Below are positions 1 to 10,868 of a DNA stretch of 64,000 nt, one piece after another. Where the stretch lies: assembly GCA_965208125.1 (NCBI GenBank), contig OZ242320.1:3552001-3616000 (forward strand). The letters run 5' to 3'. The DNA comes from Candidatus Latescibacterota bacterium (GTDB taxonomy: Bacteria; Latescibacterota; UBA2968). The notes under the pieces were generated by a model. It saw only the letters and a program-made list of their open reading frames with translations, did not search any database and was not told the DNA's origin. A program made the position numbers and the translations under genes. Position 1 is the first letter of the stretch, and each line of letters begins with the position of its first letter.

Positions 1-1
1 C

Positions 2-820
2 GTCGTCGATTCGAAACGCGAATACAAGGAAATTCAGGCATATCTCAAAGGGGTTTCGCCAGAGTTGCGCCGAACCGTCGAATACTATGGCGATACGCGA
101 CCGATTTTCGATGCTTTTGGCATTGAAGCTGAGATTGAAAAACTCACCGAACGAAGAGTCTGGTTCAAAGGCGGTGGTTATCTGGTTATTGATCCGACAG
201 AGGCGCTGGTTGCCATCGATGTCAACAGCGGACGCAGCGTGGGTAAAGGGCGCGCCAAGCAGGATGAGACTGTGCTGAAGACCAATTTGGAGGCTGCCCG
301 GGAAGTTGCCCGGCAACTCCGTTTGCGCGATATGGGCGGGCTGGTGGTTGTCGATTTTATCGATATGGACCATGCGCGAGATCGCAAGCGCGTTGAAGAA
401 GAAATGCGTCAGGCTATTCGCCGCGACCGGTCCAGGATCCGGTATTCACGGATTACGGAGTTTGGTCTGATGGAGATGACCCGCCAGCGGGTTCGTCCCA
501 GTTTGATGTCCACTTATTCTGCGCCCTGCCCGCAATGCCAGGGTACGGGATATATTCCAAGCCAGGAAACCGTGCTGTCGCGCATCGAACGCTGGCTCAA
601 ACGCTCTCGCGCAGCCGCGCTCGAACGACGGCTCACTGTGCAGGTTCACCCTACACTCGGATTTTATTTGCTCGAAAATCGCAGGGAGCGCCTCAAAGCT
701 ATTCGCAAATCCACCCGGGTTTGGCTCGATGTGGAGTCGGCTCCAGATTTGAGTGAGGAAGATTATCGCATTTTTTCCAGAAAGCGGAAGGTTGATGTGA
801 CAAATGAAGTTCAAACTTGA
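2..820 (+). CDS. Rne/Rng family ribonuclease, C-terminal part (5' truncated by window)
   Basis: Open frame from base 2. Motifs GGYLVIDPTEALVAIDVNSG, TNLEAAREVARQLRLRDMGGLVVVDFIDM and the CPQCQGTG Zn-link. Confidence 0.95.
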   Translation, partial: VVDSKREYKEIQAYLKGVSPELRRTVEYYGDTRPIFDAFGIEAEIEKLTERRVWFKGGGYLVIDPTEALVAIDVNSGRSVGKGRAKQDETVLKTNLEAAREVARQLRLRDMGGLVVVDFIDMDHARDRKRVEEEMRQAIRRDRSRIRYSRITEFGLMEMTRQRVRPSLMSTYSAPCPQCQGTGYIPSQETVLSRIERWLKRSRAAALERRLTVQVHPTLGFYLLENRRERLKAIRKSTRVWLDVESAPDLSEEDYRIFSRKRKVDVTNEVQT

Positions 821-860
821 CATAAAGTGCGACTTCGGATAAATTTAGCCCTCTTTGGAT

Positions 861-885
861 TTCCCGATCCTCGCCGGGTCGGGAA
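861..885 (+). promoter_or_regulatory. Stem-loop between rne/rng and rplU (terminator or leader element)
   Basis: TTCCCGATCC-TCGCC-GGGTCGGGAA, a 10-bp stem with one G-U pair, followed by GTTTGTTTG. Confidence 0.45.
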
Positions 886-906
886 GTTTGTTTGTAAATA
901 AAAAGT

Positions 907-937
907 GGGGGCTGGGGACTGGAGGCTGGGGACTGGA
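907..937. repeat. Heptamer tandem repeat (GGGGACT-type)
   Basis: GGGGGCT GGGGACT GGAGGCT GGGGACT GGA. Confidence 0.7.
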
Positions 938-959
938 ACAGTTTCTGGAGGTTTTGAGT

Positions 960-1277
960 ATGTATGCAGTGGTCGATATCGCCGGTAGCCAATACAAGGT
1001 GCAAGAGGGCGATCATATCCGCGTGGCTCGGCTCGACGCCGAGGAGGGGGATTCACTTACTTTTCCCCAGGTGTTGCTCGTAGGTGACAGCGATGAAATT
1101 AAAGTGGGGACGCCTCAGGTTGAAGGGGCTGCCGTCGAAGTGAGTGTTAAAGGACACGGTCTCGCAGACAAAATTACGGTTTTTAAGATGAAGCGCCGCA
1201 AGAATTATCGGCGCAAGAGAGGGCATCGGCAATCTTATACCGATCTTCAGGTTGAAAAAATTGTAGCGGAAAGCTAA
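960..1277 (+). CDS. rplU: 50S ribosomal protein L21
   Basis: [14 protein letters not shown]...[25 protein letters not shown] upstream of the ATG at 960. Confidence 0.97.
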   Translation: MYAVVDIAGSQYKVQEGDHIRVARLDAEEGDSLTFPQVLLVGDSDEIKVGTPQVEGAAVEVSVKGHGLADKITVFKMKRRKNYRRKRGHRQSYTDLQVEKIVAES

Positions 1278-1294
1278 AATCAAGGAGGCTTTTC

Positions 1295-1546
1295 ATGGCA
1301 CATAAAAAAGGTGTTGGCAGTTCGAGAAATGGCAGAGATAGCGCGGGAAGACGTCTGGGTGTGAAATCCCCTGGCGGCCAGGTTGTCTCTGCAGGGACGA
1401 TTATTATGCGCCAGCGCGGCACAAAAATCCACCCGGGCAATAATGTTCGCAAGGGTAAAGACGATACGTTGTTTTCGCTCATCGATGGCCGCGTCAAGTT
1501 TGAGCATCTCGGTAAGAAGCGCAAGAAGGTGAGTGTTTATGCGTAG
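1295..1546 (+). CDS. rpmA: 50S ribosomal protein L27
   Basis: [24 protein letters not shown]; adjacent to rplU; AAGGAGG RBS. Confidence 0.98.
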   Translation: MAHKKGVGSSRNGRDSAGRRLGVKSPGGQVVSAGTIIMRQRGTKIHPGNNVRKGKDDTLFSLIDGRVKFEHLGKKRKKVSVYA

Positions 1547-1571
1547 ATGCGGGTTTAAAACCCGCACCCAC
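1543..1571 (+). repeat. GTAG-type REP-like hairpin
   Basis: GTAG-A-TGCGGGTTT-A-AAACCCGCA; related copy at 42726-42750. Confidence 0.6.
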
Positions 1572-1593
1572 AGGTTTCAAATCCGTCCCAATC

Positions 1594-2552
<959 letters not shown>

Positions 2553-2669
2553 GAGTTGGCAAAAAACAAAGTACACGACAAAAGAGTAAAACAGCGGGAT
2601 GATCCACTAAGGACACAAAGAACACGGAACGGGGTACAACTGCGACGCTTCACCAGCAGTTCACGGATT

Positions 2670-2695
2670 GTAGGGGCGATCCCTTGTGGTCGCCC
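2670..2695 (+). repeat. GTAG-type REP-like hairpin
   Basis: GTAGGGGCGATCCCTTGTGGTCGCCC; homologues at 28222, 48996 (minus) and 49038. Confidence 0.7.
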
Positions 2696-2767
2696 GCATT
2701 TCCGTAATTTACGACAGGAAAACCATTGCTTTTGTAGTATAGTGTAAAAAAAGAGAAACGGTTCCAC

Positions 2768-2817
2768 AATCAGCCCGTTCAATCTCCCCAATAGAAGGGT
2801 AGTTGGACGGGCTGATT
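2768..2817. repeat. Inverted repeat upstream of hsdM, related to hairpins at 18279 and 20406
   Basis: AATCAGCCCGTTCAA...TTGGACGGGCTGATT. Confidence 0.7.
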
Positions 2818-2849
2818 ATCTTATGTGCAAAAAATGAGAGGACGATCAA

Positions 2850-4985
2850 ATGCAAGATAGCCAGGTCAATCGCATTCCCAACTTTATCTGGGGCATTGCC
2901 GACGATGTGTTGCGCGATCTGTACGTGCGGGGCAAGTACCGCGATATTATTCTGCCGATGACGGTGATTCGGCGGCTGGATGCGGCGCTCGAGCCGACCA
3001 AGCAGACGGTTCTCGCTATGCAAACCAGACTGGATGAGGATGGCGTGATTGAGCAGGAAGCCGCTCTGAAGCAGGCTGCCGGGCACGCTTTTTACAACGC
3101 ATCTCCATTTACTTTGCGCGATCTTCGCGCCCGCGCCAACCGGCAGCAACTTCGCGCTGACTTTGAGGCGTATCTGGATGGGTTTTCGTCCAATGTGCAG
3201 GATATTTTGAAGAATTTCGAGTTTCGCAACCAGATTCCGCGGTTGTCCGATGCCGATGCTCTCGGCGCGCTGATTGAGAAATTTCTGTCGCCGGATATCA
3301 ATCTGAGTCCCTATCCGGTGGAGAATGGCGATGGCTCTGTGCGGTTTTCCGGTCTGGACAACCACGCGATGGGTACGATTTTTGAGGAACTGGTGCGGCG
3401 GTTTAATGAGGAGAATAACGAGGAGGCTGGCGAACACTGGACGCCGCGTGATGCGGTCAAGCTGATGGCAAATCTCATTTTTCTCCCGGTGGCTGACGAG
3501 ATTGAGTCGAGTACCTATTTGCTATACGATGGTGCTTGCGGCACGGGTGGCATGTTGACTGTCGCAGAGGAAACGCTTCGAGATCTCGCCCAGGAGCGGG
3601 GCAAACAGGTTTCCACGCATCTTTATGGACAGGAGATCAATGCCGAGACCTATGCTATTTGCAAGGCGGACTTGTTGCTGAAGGGCGAGGGCAGCGCGGC
3701 GGATAATATTGTTGGGGGACCGGAGTATTCGACGCTTTCCAACGATGCTTTCCCTTCCCACAAGTTTGATTTTATGCTCAGCAATCCGCCTTATGGCAAG
3801 AGTTGGAAGAATGATCTGGCGCGTATGGGGGGCAAGAGCGGCTTATCTGATCCGCGATTTCTTATCGCTCATGACGGCGATGCGGAGTATTCCCTGCTCA
3901 CCCGCTCCAGCGATGGGCAGATGCTGTTTCTCGCCAATCTGCTTTCCAAGATGAAGCGCGATACCGCGCTGGGCAGCCGTATTGCCGAGGTTCACAATGG
4001 GAGTTCTCTGTTCACGGGTGACGCCGGGCAGGGTGAGAGCAATATCCGCCGCTGGATTATCGAGAACGACTATCTGGAGGCGATTGTCGCGTTGCCGCTC
4101 AATATGTTCTACAATACCGGTATTGCCACGTACATCTGGGTGCTGACCAATCGCAAGCCCGCGCATCGGCAGGGCAAGGTGCAACTTATCGATGCGACCG
4201 AGTGGTACAGTCCTCTGCGTAAGAATCTGGGCGCCAAGAACTGCGAGTTGTCCAATGACGACATCCGCCGTATCTGCGACGCTTTTCTGGCGTTTGAGGA
4301 GACTGAGCAGTCGAAGATTTTTCCCAATAAGGCATTTGGCTACTATAAGGTGACGGTTGAACGACCACTGCGGCTCGCTGTGGATTTGTCGCCGGAGCAA
4401 CGGGCGCGATTTCGGGATGCTTGCCGTGAAGCAGATGAAGAGCCGCTCGCCGATGTGGTTGATCTGGTGGCGGAGAACATTGGCAATGGTCCTCATCTCG
4501 ACTTTAACAGTTTCATGGATGTGGTCGCCGCAGAGGCGTCTGAGCAGGGCGTCAAGCTGATTGCCAAACGGAAAAAGCTGTTGCAAACGTCGCTGGCATT
4601 TCGGGATGAAGCCGCCGAGCCGGTGATTAAGAGAGTTCACAAATTGGGCAATAGGGAGCCAGATCCGATTCGCGGTCTGGTAGAGGCGCCTGTGAATGAT
4701 CAGTGTGTCGTCGTTGAATATGAGCCAGACAGCGAGTTGCGCGATACCGAACAGGTGCCTCTGCTCGATGAGGGCGGTATTGAGGGCTTCTTGCACCGTG
4801 AAGTGTTGCCATACTCTCCGGATGCCTGGTACGTCTCGACAAGTGTTAAAATCGGCTATGAGATCAGCTTTACTCGCCACTTCTACAAGCCACAACCCAT
4901 GCGGTCACGAGAAGAAATCCGCGCTGATATAATGGCGTTGGAGCAAGAGAGTGAAGGGGTGTTGACGGAGATTATTGGGGAGTAA
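2850..4985 (+). CDS. hsdM: Type I R-M methyltransferase subunit M
   Basis: FIWGIADDVLR N-terminus, AGEHWTPR, YDGACGTGG (SAM-binding motif I), NPPY (m6A catalytic motif IV). Confidence 0.96.
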   Translation: MQDSQVNRIPNFIWGIADDVLRDLYVRGKYRDIILPMTVIRRLDAALEPTKQTVLAMQTRLDEDGVIEQEAALKQAAGHAFYNASPFTLRDLRARANRQQLRADFEAYLDGFSSNVQDILKNFEFRNQIPRLSDADALGALIEKFLSPDINLSPYPVENGDGSVRFSGLDNHAMGTIFEELVRRFNEENNEEAGEHWTPRDAVKLMANLIFLPVADEIESSTYLLYDGACGTGGMLTVAEETLRDLAQERGKQVSTHLYGQEINAETYAICKADLLLKGEGSAADNIVGGPEYSTLSNDAFPSHKFDFMLSNPPYGKSWKNDLARMGGKSGLSDPRFLIAHDGDAEYSLLTRSSDGQMLFLANLLSKMKRDTALGSRIAEVHNGSSLFTGDAGQGESNIRRWIIENDYLEAIVALPLNMFYNTGIATYIWVLTNRKPAHRQGKVQLIDATEWYSPLRKNLGAKNCELSNDDIRRICDAFLAFEETEQSKIFPNKAFGYYKVTVERPLRLAVDLSPEQRARFRDACREADEEPLADVVDLVAENIGNGPHLDFNSFMDVVAAEASEQGVKLIAKRKKLLQTSLAFRDEAAEPVIKRVHKLGNREPDPIRGLVEAPVNDQCVVVEYEPDSELRDTEQVPLLDEGGIEGFLHREVLPYSPDAWYVSTSVKIGYEISFTRHFYKPQPMRSREEIRADIMALEQESEGVLTEIIGE

Positions 4986-4999
4986 ATATCATACCAACC

Positions 5000-5028
5000 T
5001 TGAAGAGCTAAATAAAGTTGGCTATACT
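5000..5028 (+). promoter_or_regulatory. Sigma70-type promoter for the DUF433/STAND cassette
   Basis: TTGAAG-17 bp-TATACT; a 21-bp stretch is identical to the promoter at 18327-18355. Confidence 0.7.
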
Positions 5029-5150
5029 AAATATGCCAATTAATGACAATTGATACTTGTCACGCCTGCATGCCTGAAGCAAGCGTCCAAGAGGGGTGGT
5101 GTTTTGACGGAGAAACGCGCTACCCAAATCCGACTGAGGGTGAGAGGGCA

Positions 5151-5498
5151 ATGAAATCATTAGATGACCATATTGAGATTACCCCCGGTATATGCAGCGG
5201 CAAGCCTCGTATTGCTGGCCGTCGTATTACCGTGGCGCACATCGCCATCTGGCATGAACGCATGGGCAAATGTGCAGATGAAATCGCCACAGAATACGAT
5301 TTGACACTGGCCGATGTGTATGCAGCATTGGCCTACTATTTTGATCACCGAGAGGAAATTGACCAATCGATTCAAGAGGGTGAAGAATTTGCGGAGGCTT
5401 TACGCCAGAAGACACCGTCTCGCCTGGGTTTTATGGCAGGGCAGATTAAAGTCCCAGACGACTTTGATAGCATGGGCAGCATTGAGGAAGATAACTAA
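5151..5498 (+). CDS. DUF433 family antitoxin-like protein with a Phd/YefM-like C-terminal tail
   Basis: IEITPGICSGKPRIAGRRITV...LTLADVYAALAYY (DUF433); tail RLGFMAGQIKVPDDFD. Confidence 0.85.
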   Translation: MKSLDDHIEITPGICSGKPRIAGRRITVAHIAIWHERMGKCADEIATEYDLTLADVYAALAYYFDHREEIDQSIQEGEEFAEALRQKTPSRLGFMAGQIKVPDDFDSMGSIEEDN

Positions 5499-5500
5499 AC

Positions 5501-8500
5501 ATGGCTGATAATGACAAAACTGTTCTCGATGGATGGAAGAAAACACGATCTGGAGCACGGGCTGGTCGGGGTTTTGATTATCAACATCGATTTTCAACTC
5601 TTATCCTTGTTCAGCAATGGGCCGGACTGTTACCTACGGGCAATCTTGTCCCAGAGGGGCTTGAAGATTGTGTTGTAGAGTTGGCCGATCGTGACATTTG
5701 GATCCAAATCAAATCGAGAGAGCAGGGCACATTCAGCAAAGGCGAAGTAAAAAAAATTTTTGAGCAAGCCCGACGGAAAGCCAGCCTTGTCAACAATCAA
5801 AAGCCTACACTATTGGTTGCTGGTCTTGAGCGACCTTGTCCTACTGTTACCGGATACGAGATGGATGGTCTCTTTGATGGCAAAACCGAGAAGGTTGTTG
5901 TTTGCACTACACCGGAAGAGGAAATAGTTAATTTACTGTCTCAACATCTAAATATAGCGGAGATTATCGCCGAAGGACTGATGAACGACCTGTATAAACT
6001 CGTTGCTGAGAGTTCGGCGGCCAATGCCTCGCTTCCCTTTGAGAGAAGGCGGCGTATATCTACGACGGAGGTTGAATGCCGCATCCTTGAACGGCTTGAG
6101 GCTGAAGATCCTTCCGCAATCAATCGTGCTTTCGATATAAGGGCTCTGGAGCCTGTTGACTTCGTTACTCCTGTCTCTGAGCCTGGTTTTTATCAGGGCG
6201 TTAAAGTTAAACCTGGACACATCGCTTCCGGGTTAGTTATAGAGCGTCCAGGGGAAATACAAGACGTTGCCCAGGCATTTAAGAAACGCCGGCATCTTCT
6301 TGTCACCGGCCCCTCAGGGTCAGGAAAATCTGCTCTCATTTGGCTGGTCGCTCATTCGTTGACTACTGAGTTCCGCTGGTATCAGATTTCTGCCCAAGCG
6401 AACGCGCAAGATGCTGATGCAATTATTCGTTTCGTGAGGTCACGCCGCCCTAAGAAAGTCTCTCCGATTGGATTGATATTTGATGATGTTGGAGAATCCA
6501 GCAGCAATCTGTGGGATATTCTTACGAACCAACTCAGAAGTCTGTCAGATGTTTATATATTGGGATCAGTGCGTAATGAGGATATAGCTCTGATTACTAA
6601 TCAATCTGATACCGAATTTTTTGAGATCAGACTTGATAGTGAACTTGCACAGAGTATGTGGAAAAAACTGAACAGACAAAGCCAGACGAACTGGACTTAC
6701 TGGCGTGAACCGTTTGAACAATCCGATGGGCTGATGCTCGAATACGTACACCTCCTGACGCAGGGTAAGCGACTTGCCGCCGTGATCGGTGAACAGATTC
6801 GTCAAAGGGAACGAGAAAAACGATATGACGAACTCGCCATAATTAGAAGCACGGCTGTTCTATGTGCTTTCGGTGGCGAAGTTGAGGCTAAAAGGCTCTT
6901 CGAATTACTACAATTGCCACCAGACAGTGCAGCGCAGGCATTAAAGAGATTAATTGACGAACATCTTGTACGCGAAAGCCGTCCAGGTGTGCTCGGCGGT
7001 CTTCATGCTTTACGCTCGAAAGCACTTTGTGATGCTTCCCATGATGATGTTTCTTATCTACGCAGCGACTCGTTATGGCAGTCACTGGCGGCCTCAACAA
7101 ATGAGACATTGCCAAGAATTATTCAGTCAGTTCTCAATGAGACACAGAATGGAGCTGAATCTGTGACGATTCAGAATCTGGCGAAGGCACTTGCAGCAAG
7201 CGATGACATTGAGGTATGGGCTGCTATTCTTACCGGATTGGGTATAGGTACAATGGAACAATCTGTCGCTTCATTCATGGAAATGCTTGAAAAGCATGGA
7301 GTCCAACGCACCCATTGGTTTTTGGCCTCAATGTTCGCGGATGCCAGCATCGATGTCCCTGAATTATCAGGATTTGAAAACTTAAAGCCTATGCGAAACG
7401 CCGTGATAGCCTTCCGCGCGTTACCGAAACGCGATCTTCGGGCCGAATGTTTACAGATGTTGCCTCAGGGGACACAAGCTCCGGTATGTACAGATATTCG
7501 GCAACTTAACCTATTGCTCTCCTCTCTGGTACCGATACCTGGAGGAGACCACAGCCGGATTCCATTCAAGACGGATTTCTCTGGTTATGGTGAGCAGAAT
7601 ATTCATGATGTAGCCGCTCTCTTATCGACTGCTTACTTGATCGGGCCCGACGTGGCCAAAGATCTCGTGGACGCCTTTGGTGGGGAGCAGACCTTGTTTA
7701 CCTGGTTTCATTCCCAGATTCCTTGGGTAACTGTACCTAAAATTGAACCACAGGGAACTCATGGACGCACCGTCCGTGCTAACAGGTTTTTTGTAGCCGA
7801 GTCACATCAGACTGACGCTCATAAAACTCTCTGTGATATTTGTGAGACATTGATTGCTATATCGCCAATGTCGGATGCAGCTGCATCCGATGCCATAGGT
7901 CTGTCAGGACAGTCTATAGAAATAAACGGACTTAGCGATTGGTCAAAAAATATACCCAGAGAGAACCTTCCTTCAAAGGCTCGGGTGGCTTGGAACGTTG
8001 CCTTTCGCCAAATTTTGCTCGCACGAGCAGCTGAGCATAGTCTAACGGATTACACGCACGAGATGGCTGATCAGGTGAGACACACAGAAAAAATTTTTCG
8101 TTTGTTTTCGGAGCAATGGATCAAAGGATGGAGGATATCGAATAAGGACAGGCTTGTTTCGGAGATCAATGAGATTATGGATCATGTCGATGACTTGATC
8201 TATGCTAAGCCAAAAACATTAGCTTCCTCAATGACAAGTACCACCGGTGATACAGAAGAGGATGATAAGCTCGGTGCATTATTGGCTGGCGTACTTAGTA
8301 ATCTTGTTCCACGAATGTGTAAAATACCACCTGAGCCCAACGCGAAAGCGGCCGCGGCATTCACCAGCGGCCTCGCTGCACAGGCACGAGAGCAGGGAAG
8401 ATCCGAAATTTGGCGCACAACGCCATCACCGCCGTTAGATGAGTTAGCCACATTCTCAGAGCGTCTTGATGGTGTTGCTTGCATCTTGCACGAAATAGCA

Positions 8501-9343
8501 CACGACGATACAGCCAGAGCAATCAAAAATCTCCGTAAGGCAGCCAGGAAAGGGAGAATGGGAAAAGCTATTCATTCCGCGGCTGGTCGTTGTCGCTTGT
8601 TGGCTAAACAACGCTTCCATCGGAGGCTGCGTGCTTTAGAAAACGCGCTTAAAGCACAGGGTTTGACTGCCAGATGCAGAACTCGTCCTGTCAATGACGC
8701 CGATAGTATTGATTGGCCTGCCGTAGAAGTTGCCATTCTTATCAAGATCACAGATTCTGCAACTGATTGGGATTATCTCGAATACGGTCTTGCGATTGGA
8801 AAAAAGCAACTTGCACAAGATTGGCGATTCTGCGTTGTGCCTGTCATAAATAATCAAGTCATTGCAGACTTAGCATTCATTTCTTCATCACAAGGGCCAT
8901 TACCTGATGTGGAATTCGCACACAAATGGGAAGCTCATATTGACTTGCCGTTCCTCTCTCCTGAAATTTCAAATGCATTTGATGCAGCCGTAGAAGCCTG
9001 TAAGCAGATCTCAGCAATTATTAGCCATCGTGATCTGAAAACACTCCATCCTATGGAAGAAGAAGCTTTCTTGAAGGCCATAGACGACTTCGAGTGCTAC
9101 CGGAAGACTGTTGATGCTTTTCAACAAAAGACAGGACTGGAGCTATTTGATGGGGCACTGGCGTATCTCGACGAAATATGGAATCAGATTGTTAGCGAAA
9201 TTGAGTCCCTGAAAACAGGTCAGATGGTTGATAACCCATTGTGCCACATCATGGCGGATATGGAAAACGAAAAGGTTATTGAACTGGGTGTTGCGAAGAT
9301 ACTCTTGCGACAAGCTGAATGCTGCACTGTCGCCGCAGAGTGA
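5501..9343 (+). CDS. Putative defence protein: N-terminal PD-(D/E)xK (Cap4/DUF4297-like) nuclease + STAND-like P-loop NTPase + long C-terminal region
   Basis: GARAGRGFDYQ...EGLED...QIK nuclease signature; Walker A GPSGSGKS; Walker B LIFDD; 1280 aa. Confidence 0.7.
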   Translation: MADNDKTVLDGWKKTRSGARAGRGFDYQHRFSTLILVQQWAGLLPTGNLVPEGLEDCVVELADRDIWIQIKSREQGTFSKGEVKKIFEQARRKASLVNNQKPTLLVAGLERPCPTVTGYEMDGLFDGKTEKVVVCTTPEEEIVNLLSQHLNIAEIIAEGLMNDLYKLVAESSAANASLPFERRRRISTTEVECRILERLEAEDPSAINRAFDIRALEPVDFVTPVSEPGFYQGVKVKPGHIASGLVIERPGEIQDVAQAFKKRRHLLVTGPSGSGKSALIWLVAHSLTTEFRWYQISAQANAQDADAIIRFVRSRRPKKVSPIGLIFDDVGESSSNLWDILTNQLRSLSDVYILGSVRNEDIALITNQSDTEFFEIRLDSELAQSMWKKLNRQSQTNWTYWREPFEQSDGLMLEYVHLLTQGKRLAAVIGEQIRQREREKRYDELAIIRSTAVLCAFGGEVEAKRLFELLQLPPDSAAQALKRLIDEHLVRESRPGVLGGLHALRSKALCDASHDDVSYLRSDSLWQSLAASTNETLPRIIQSVLNETQNGAESVTIQNLAKALAASDDIEVWAAILTGLGIGTMEQSVASFMEMLEKHGVQRTHWFLASMFADASIDVPELSGFENLKPMRNAVIAFRALPKRDLRAECLQMLPQGTQAPVCTDIRQLNLLLSSLVPIPGGDHSRIPFKTDFSGYGEQNIHDVAALLSTAYLIGPDVAKDLVDAFGGEQTLFTWFHSQIPWVTVPKIEPQGTHGRTVRANRFFVAESHQTDAHKTLCDICETLIAISPMSDAAASDAIGLSGQSIEINGLSDWSKNIPRENLPSKARVAWNVAFRQILLARAAEHSLTDYTHEMADQVRHTEKIFRLFSEQWIKGWRISNKDRLVSEINEIMDHVDDLIYAKPKTLASSMTSTTGDTEEDDKLGALLAGVLSNLVPRMCKIPPEPNAKAAAAFTSGLAAQAREQGRSEIWRTTPSPPLDELATFSERLDGVACILHEIAHDDTARAIKNLRKAARKGRMGKAIHSAAGRCRLLAKQRFHRRLRALENALKAQGLTARCRTRPVNDADSIDWPAVEVAILIKITDSATDWDYLEYGLAIGKKQLAQDWRFCVVPVINNQVIADLAFISSSQGPLPDVEFAHKWEAHIDLPFLSPEISNAFDAAVEACKQISAIISHRDLKTLHPMEEEAFLKAIDDFECYRKTVDAFQQKTGLELFDGALAYLDEIWNQIVSEIESLKTGQMVDNPLCHIMADMENEKVIELGVAKILLRQAECCTVAAE

Positions 9344-9430
9344 GTCTTACATGAGGAATAGTTCTTGTCTCATGTGGGCAGGTAAAGCAAGACTGGATGA
9401 TTGTATATTAACTTGGTTGGGAGAATCATA

Positions 9431-10798
9431 ATGATCAATGAACTCCAACCCTACCCTTCCTACAAATCTTCTGAAGTCGAGTGGCTTGGCGATGTGCCTG
9501 CCCATTGGGAAGTCAAGAGATTGAAGACAATAGGGCGTATCCGTTATGGGTTGGGTCAGCCACCTCGTGAATTAGCCGACGGGCTACCTTTGATACGTGC
9601 CACAAATGTGGATCATGGTCGCATAACTGACAAGAATTTGTTGTACATTGATCCATCAGATGTGCCGAACGGCCGCGATGCCATTCTAAGGGAGAAGGAG
9701 ATTATAGTCGTACGAAGTGGAGCCTACACGGGTGACTCGGCTATCGTTCCAAAAGCCTACGATGGAGCGATCACAGGTTACGATATGGTCGTAAGCGTGA
9801 CGGGGGCGCAACCTGAATTTGTCGCTATGGCGTTGTTATGCAAATACGTACGGGACGACCAATTGATTGCCGCAAGCACTCGATCTGCTCAGCCACACCT
9901 AAATGCTGAAGAATTGGGAACAGCAATATTGTTGGTTCCACCCCTCTCCGAACAAACTGCCATCGTCGCGTATCTTGACCAGGCCGACGAGCGCATCCGC
10001 TGCTACGTCAGCAGCAGGGAGTGGCTTATCGAACTGTTGGAGGAATATCGGCAGGGGGTCATCCACCACGCAGTCACGCGCGGCCTTGATCCTGATGTGC
10101 GCCTCAAGCCCTCCGGTGTCGAATGGCTTGGCGATGTGCCAGCGCATTGGGGCGTTGCTGCGGTCAAGAGACATTATTCCATTCAGTTAGGCAAGATGTT
10201 GCAGAATGGCCCAAACGTTCCAACAGACATTGCAGTGCCTTATCTGAAGGCGCAACATGTTCAGTGGTTTTCTGTTCGCACAACTGATGCGCCGACAATG
10301 TGGGCGAGTCCCCATGAAATTGAACAGTTTGGTATCCGAGCAGGCGATCTCCTTGTCTGTGAAGGCGGTGAAGGTGGACGATGCAGCCTCGTTGAAGAAG
10401 TGCCGCCCGGCTATATCATTCAAAACGCTCTTCACCGTGTAAGGTCATTCGGAACGAATAGGAATGATTATTTACAGTACGTGATGAGTTCTATTTCAAA
10501 AACAGGTTGGTTTGACGCAATCAACAACAAGGCAACAATAGCCCATTTTACAGCGGAAAAGTTCGGTTCATTGATGATACCCATCCCACCCCTCCCCGAA
10601 CAAACTGCCATCGTTCTCTATCTCGACAAGGCGACAGCTGACATTGACGCTGCCATTGATCGTGCGCGGCGAGAAATTGAGTTGTTGGGCGAATACCGCA
10701 CTCGCTTGATTGCCGATTTGGTTACAGGTAAAGTAGATGTGCGTGAAGCAGCGGCCGATCTGCCCGATGATGGGGATGTATCAGCGCTTGATTTTTGA
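9431..10798 (+). CDS. hsdS: Type I R-M specificity subunit S
   Basis: Two TRDs flanked by repeated conserved segments (VEWLGDVPAHW x2, PPLxEQTAIV x2); C-terminal EYRTRLIADLVTGKVDVR. Confidence 0.95.
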   Translation: MINELQPYPSYKSSEVEWLGDVPAHWEVKRLKTIGRIRYGLGQPPRELADGLPLIRATNVDHGRITDKNLLYIDPSDVPNGRDAILREKEIIVVRSGAYTGDSAIVPKAYDGAITGYDMVVSVTGAQPEFVAMALLCKYVRDDQLIAASTRSAQPHLNAEELGTAILLVPPLSEQTAIVAYLDQADERIRCYVSSREWLIELLEEYRQGVIHHAVTRGLDPDVRLKPSGVEWLGDVPAHWGVAAVKRHYSIQLGKMLQNGPNVPTDIAVPYLKAQHVQWFSVRTTDAPTMWASPHEIEQFGIRAGDLLVCEGGEGGRCSLVEEVPPGYIIQNALHRVRSFGTNRNDYLQYVMSSISKTGWFDAINNKATIAHFTAEKFGSLMIPIPPLPEQTAIVLYLDKATADIDAAIDRARREIELLGEYRTRLIADLVTGKVDVREAAADLPDDGDVSALDF

Positions 10799-10868
10799 CG
10801 AAATTGAGCGCGTTTAACGCCTGTTGCACAGTGTCCCGATATTGGATATATACTCACCGAAACGGAGT

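Noticed and set aside
821-959. Ribosomal L21 leader RNA
   Set aside because: Only a generic hairpin is visible; a covariance-model search is needed.
5093-5113. Possible duplicate of the hsdM 3' end (GGGGTG..TTGACGGAGA)
   Set aside because: Only about 10 contiguous identical bases with a gap; too weak to count.
9431-10798. hsdS shufflon / inversion-based phase variation
   Set aside because: Repeats are direct and internal; no silent TRD cassettes or invertase seen.
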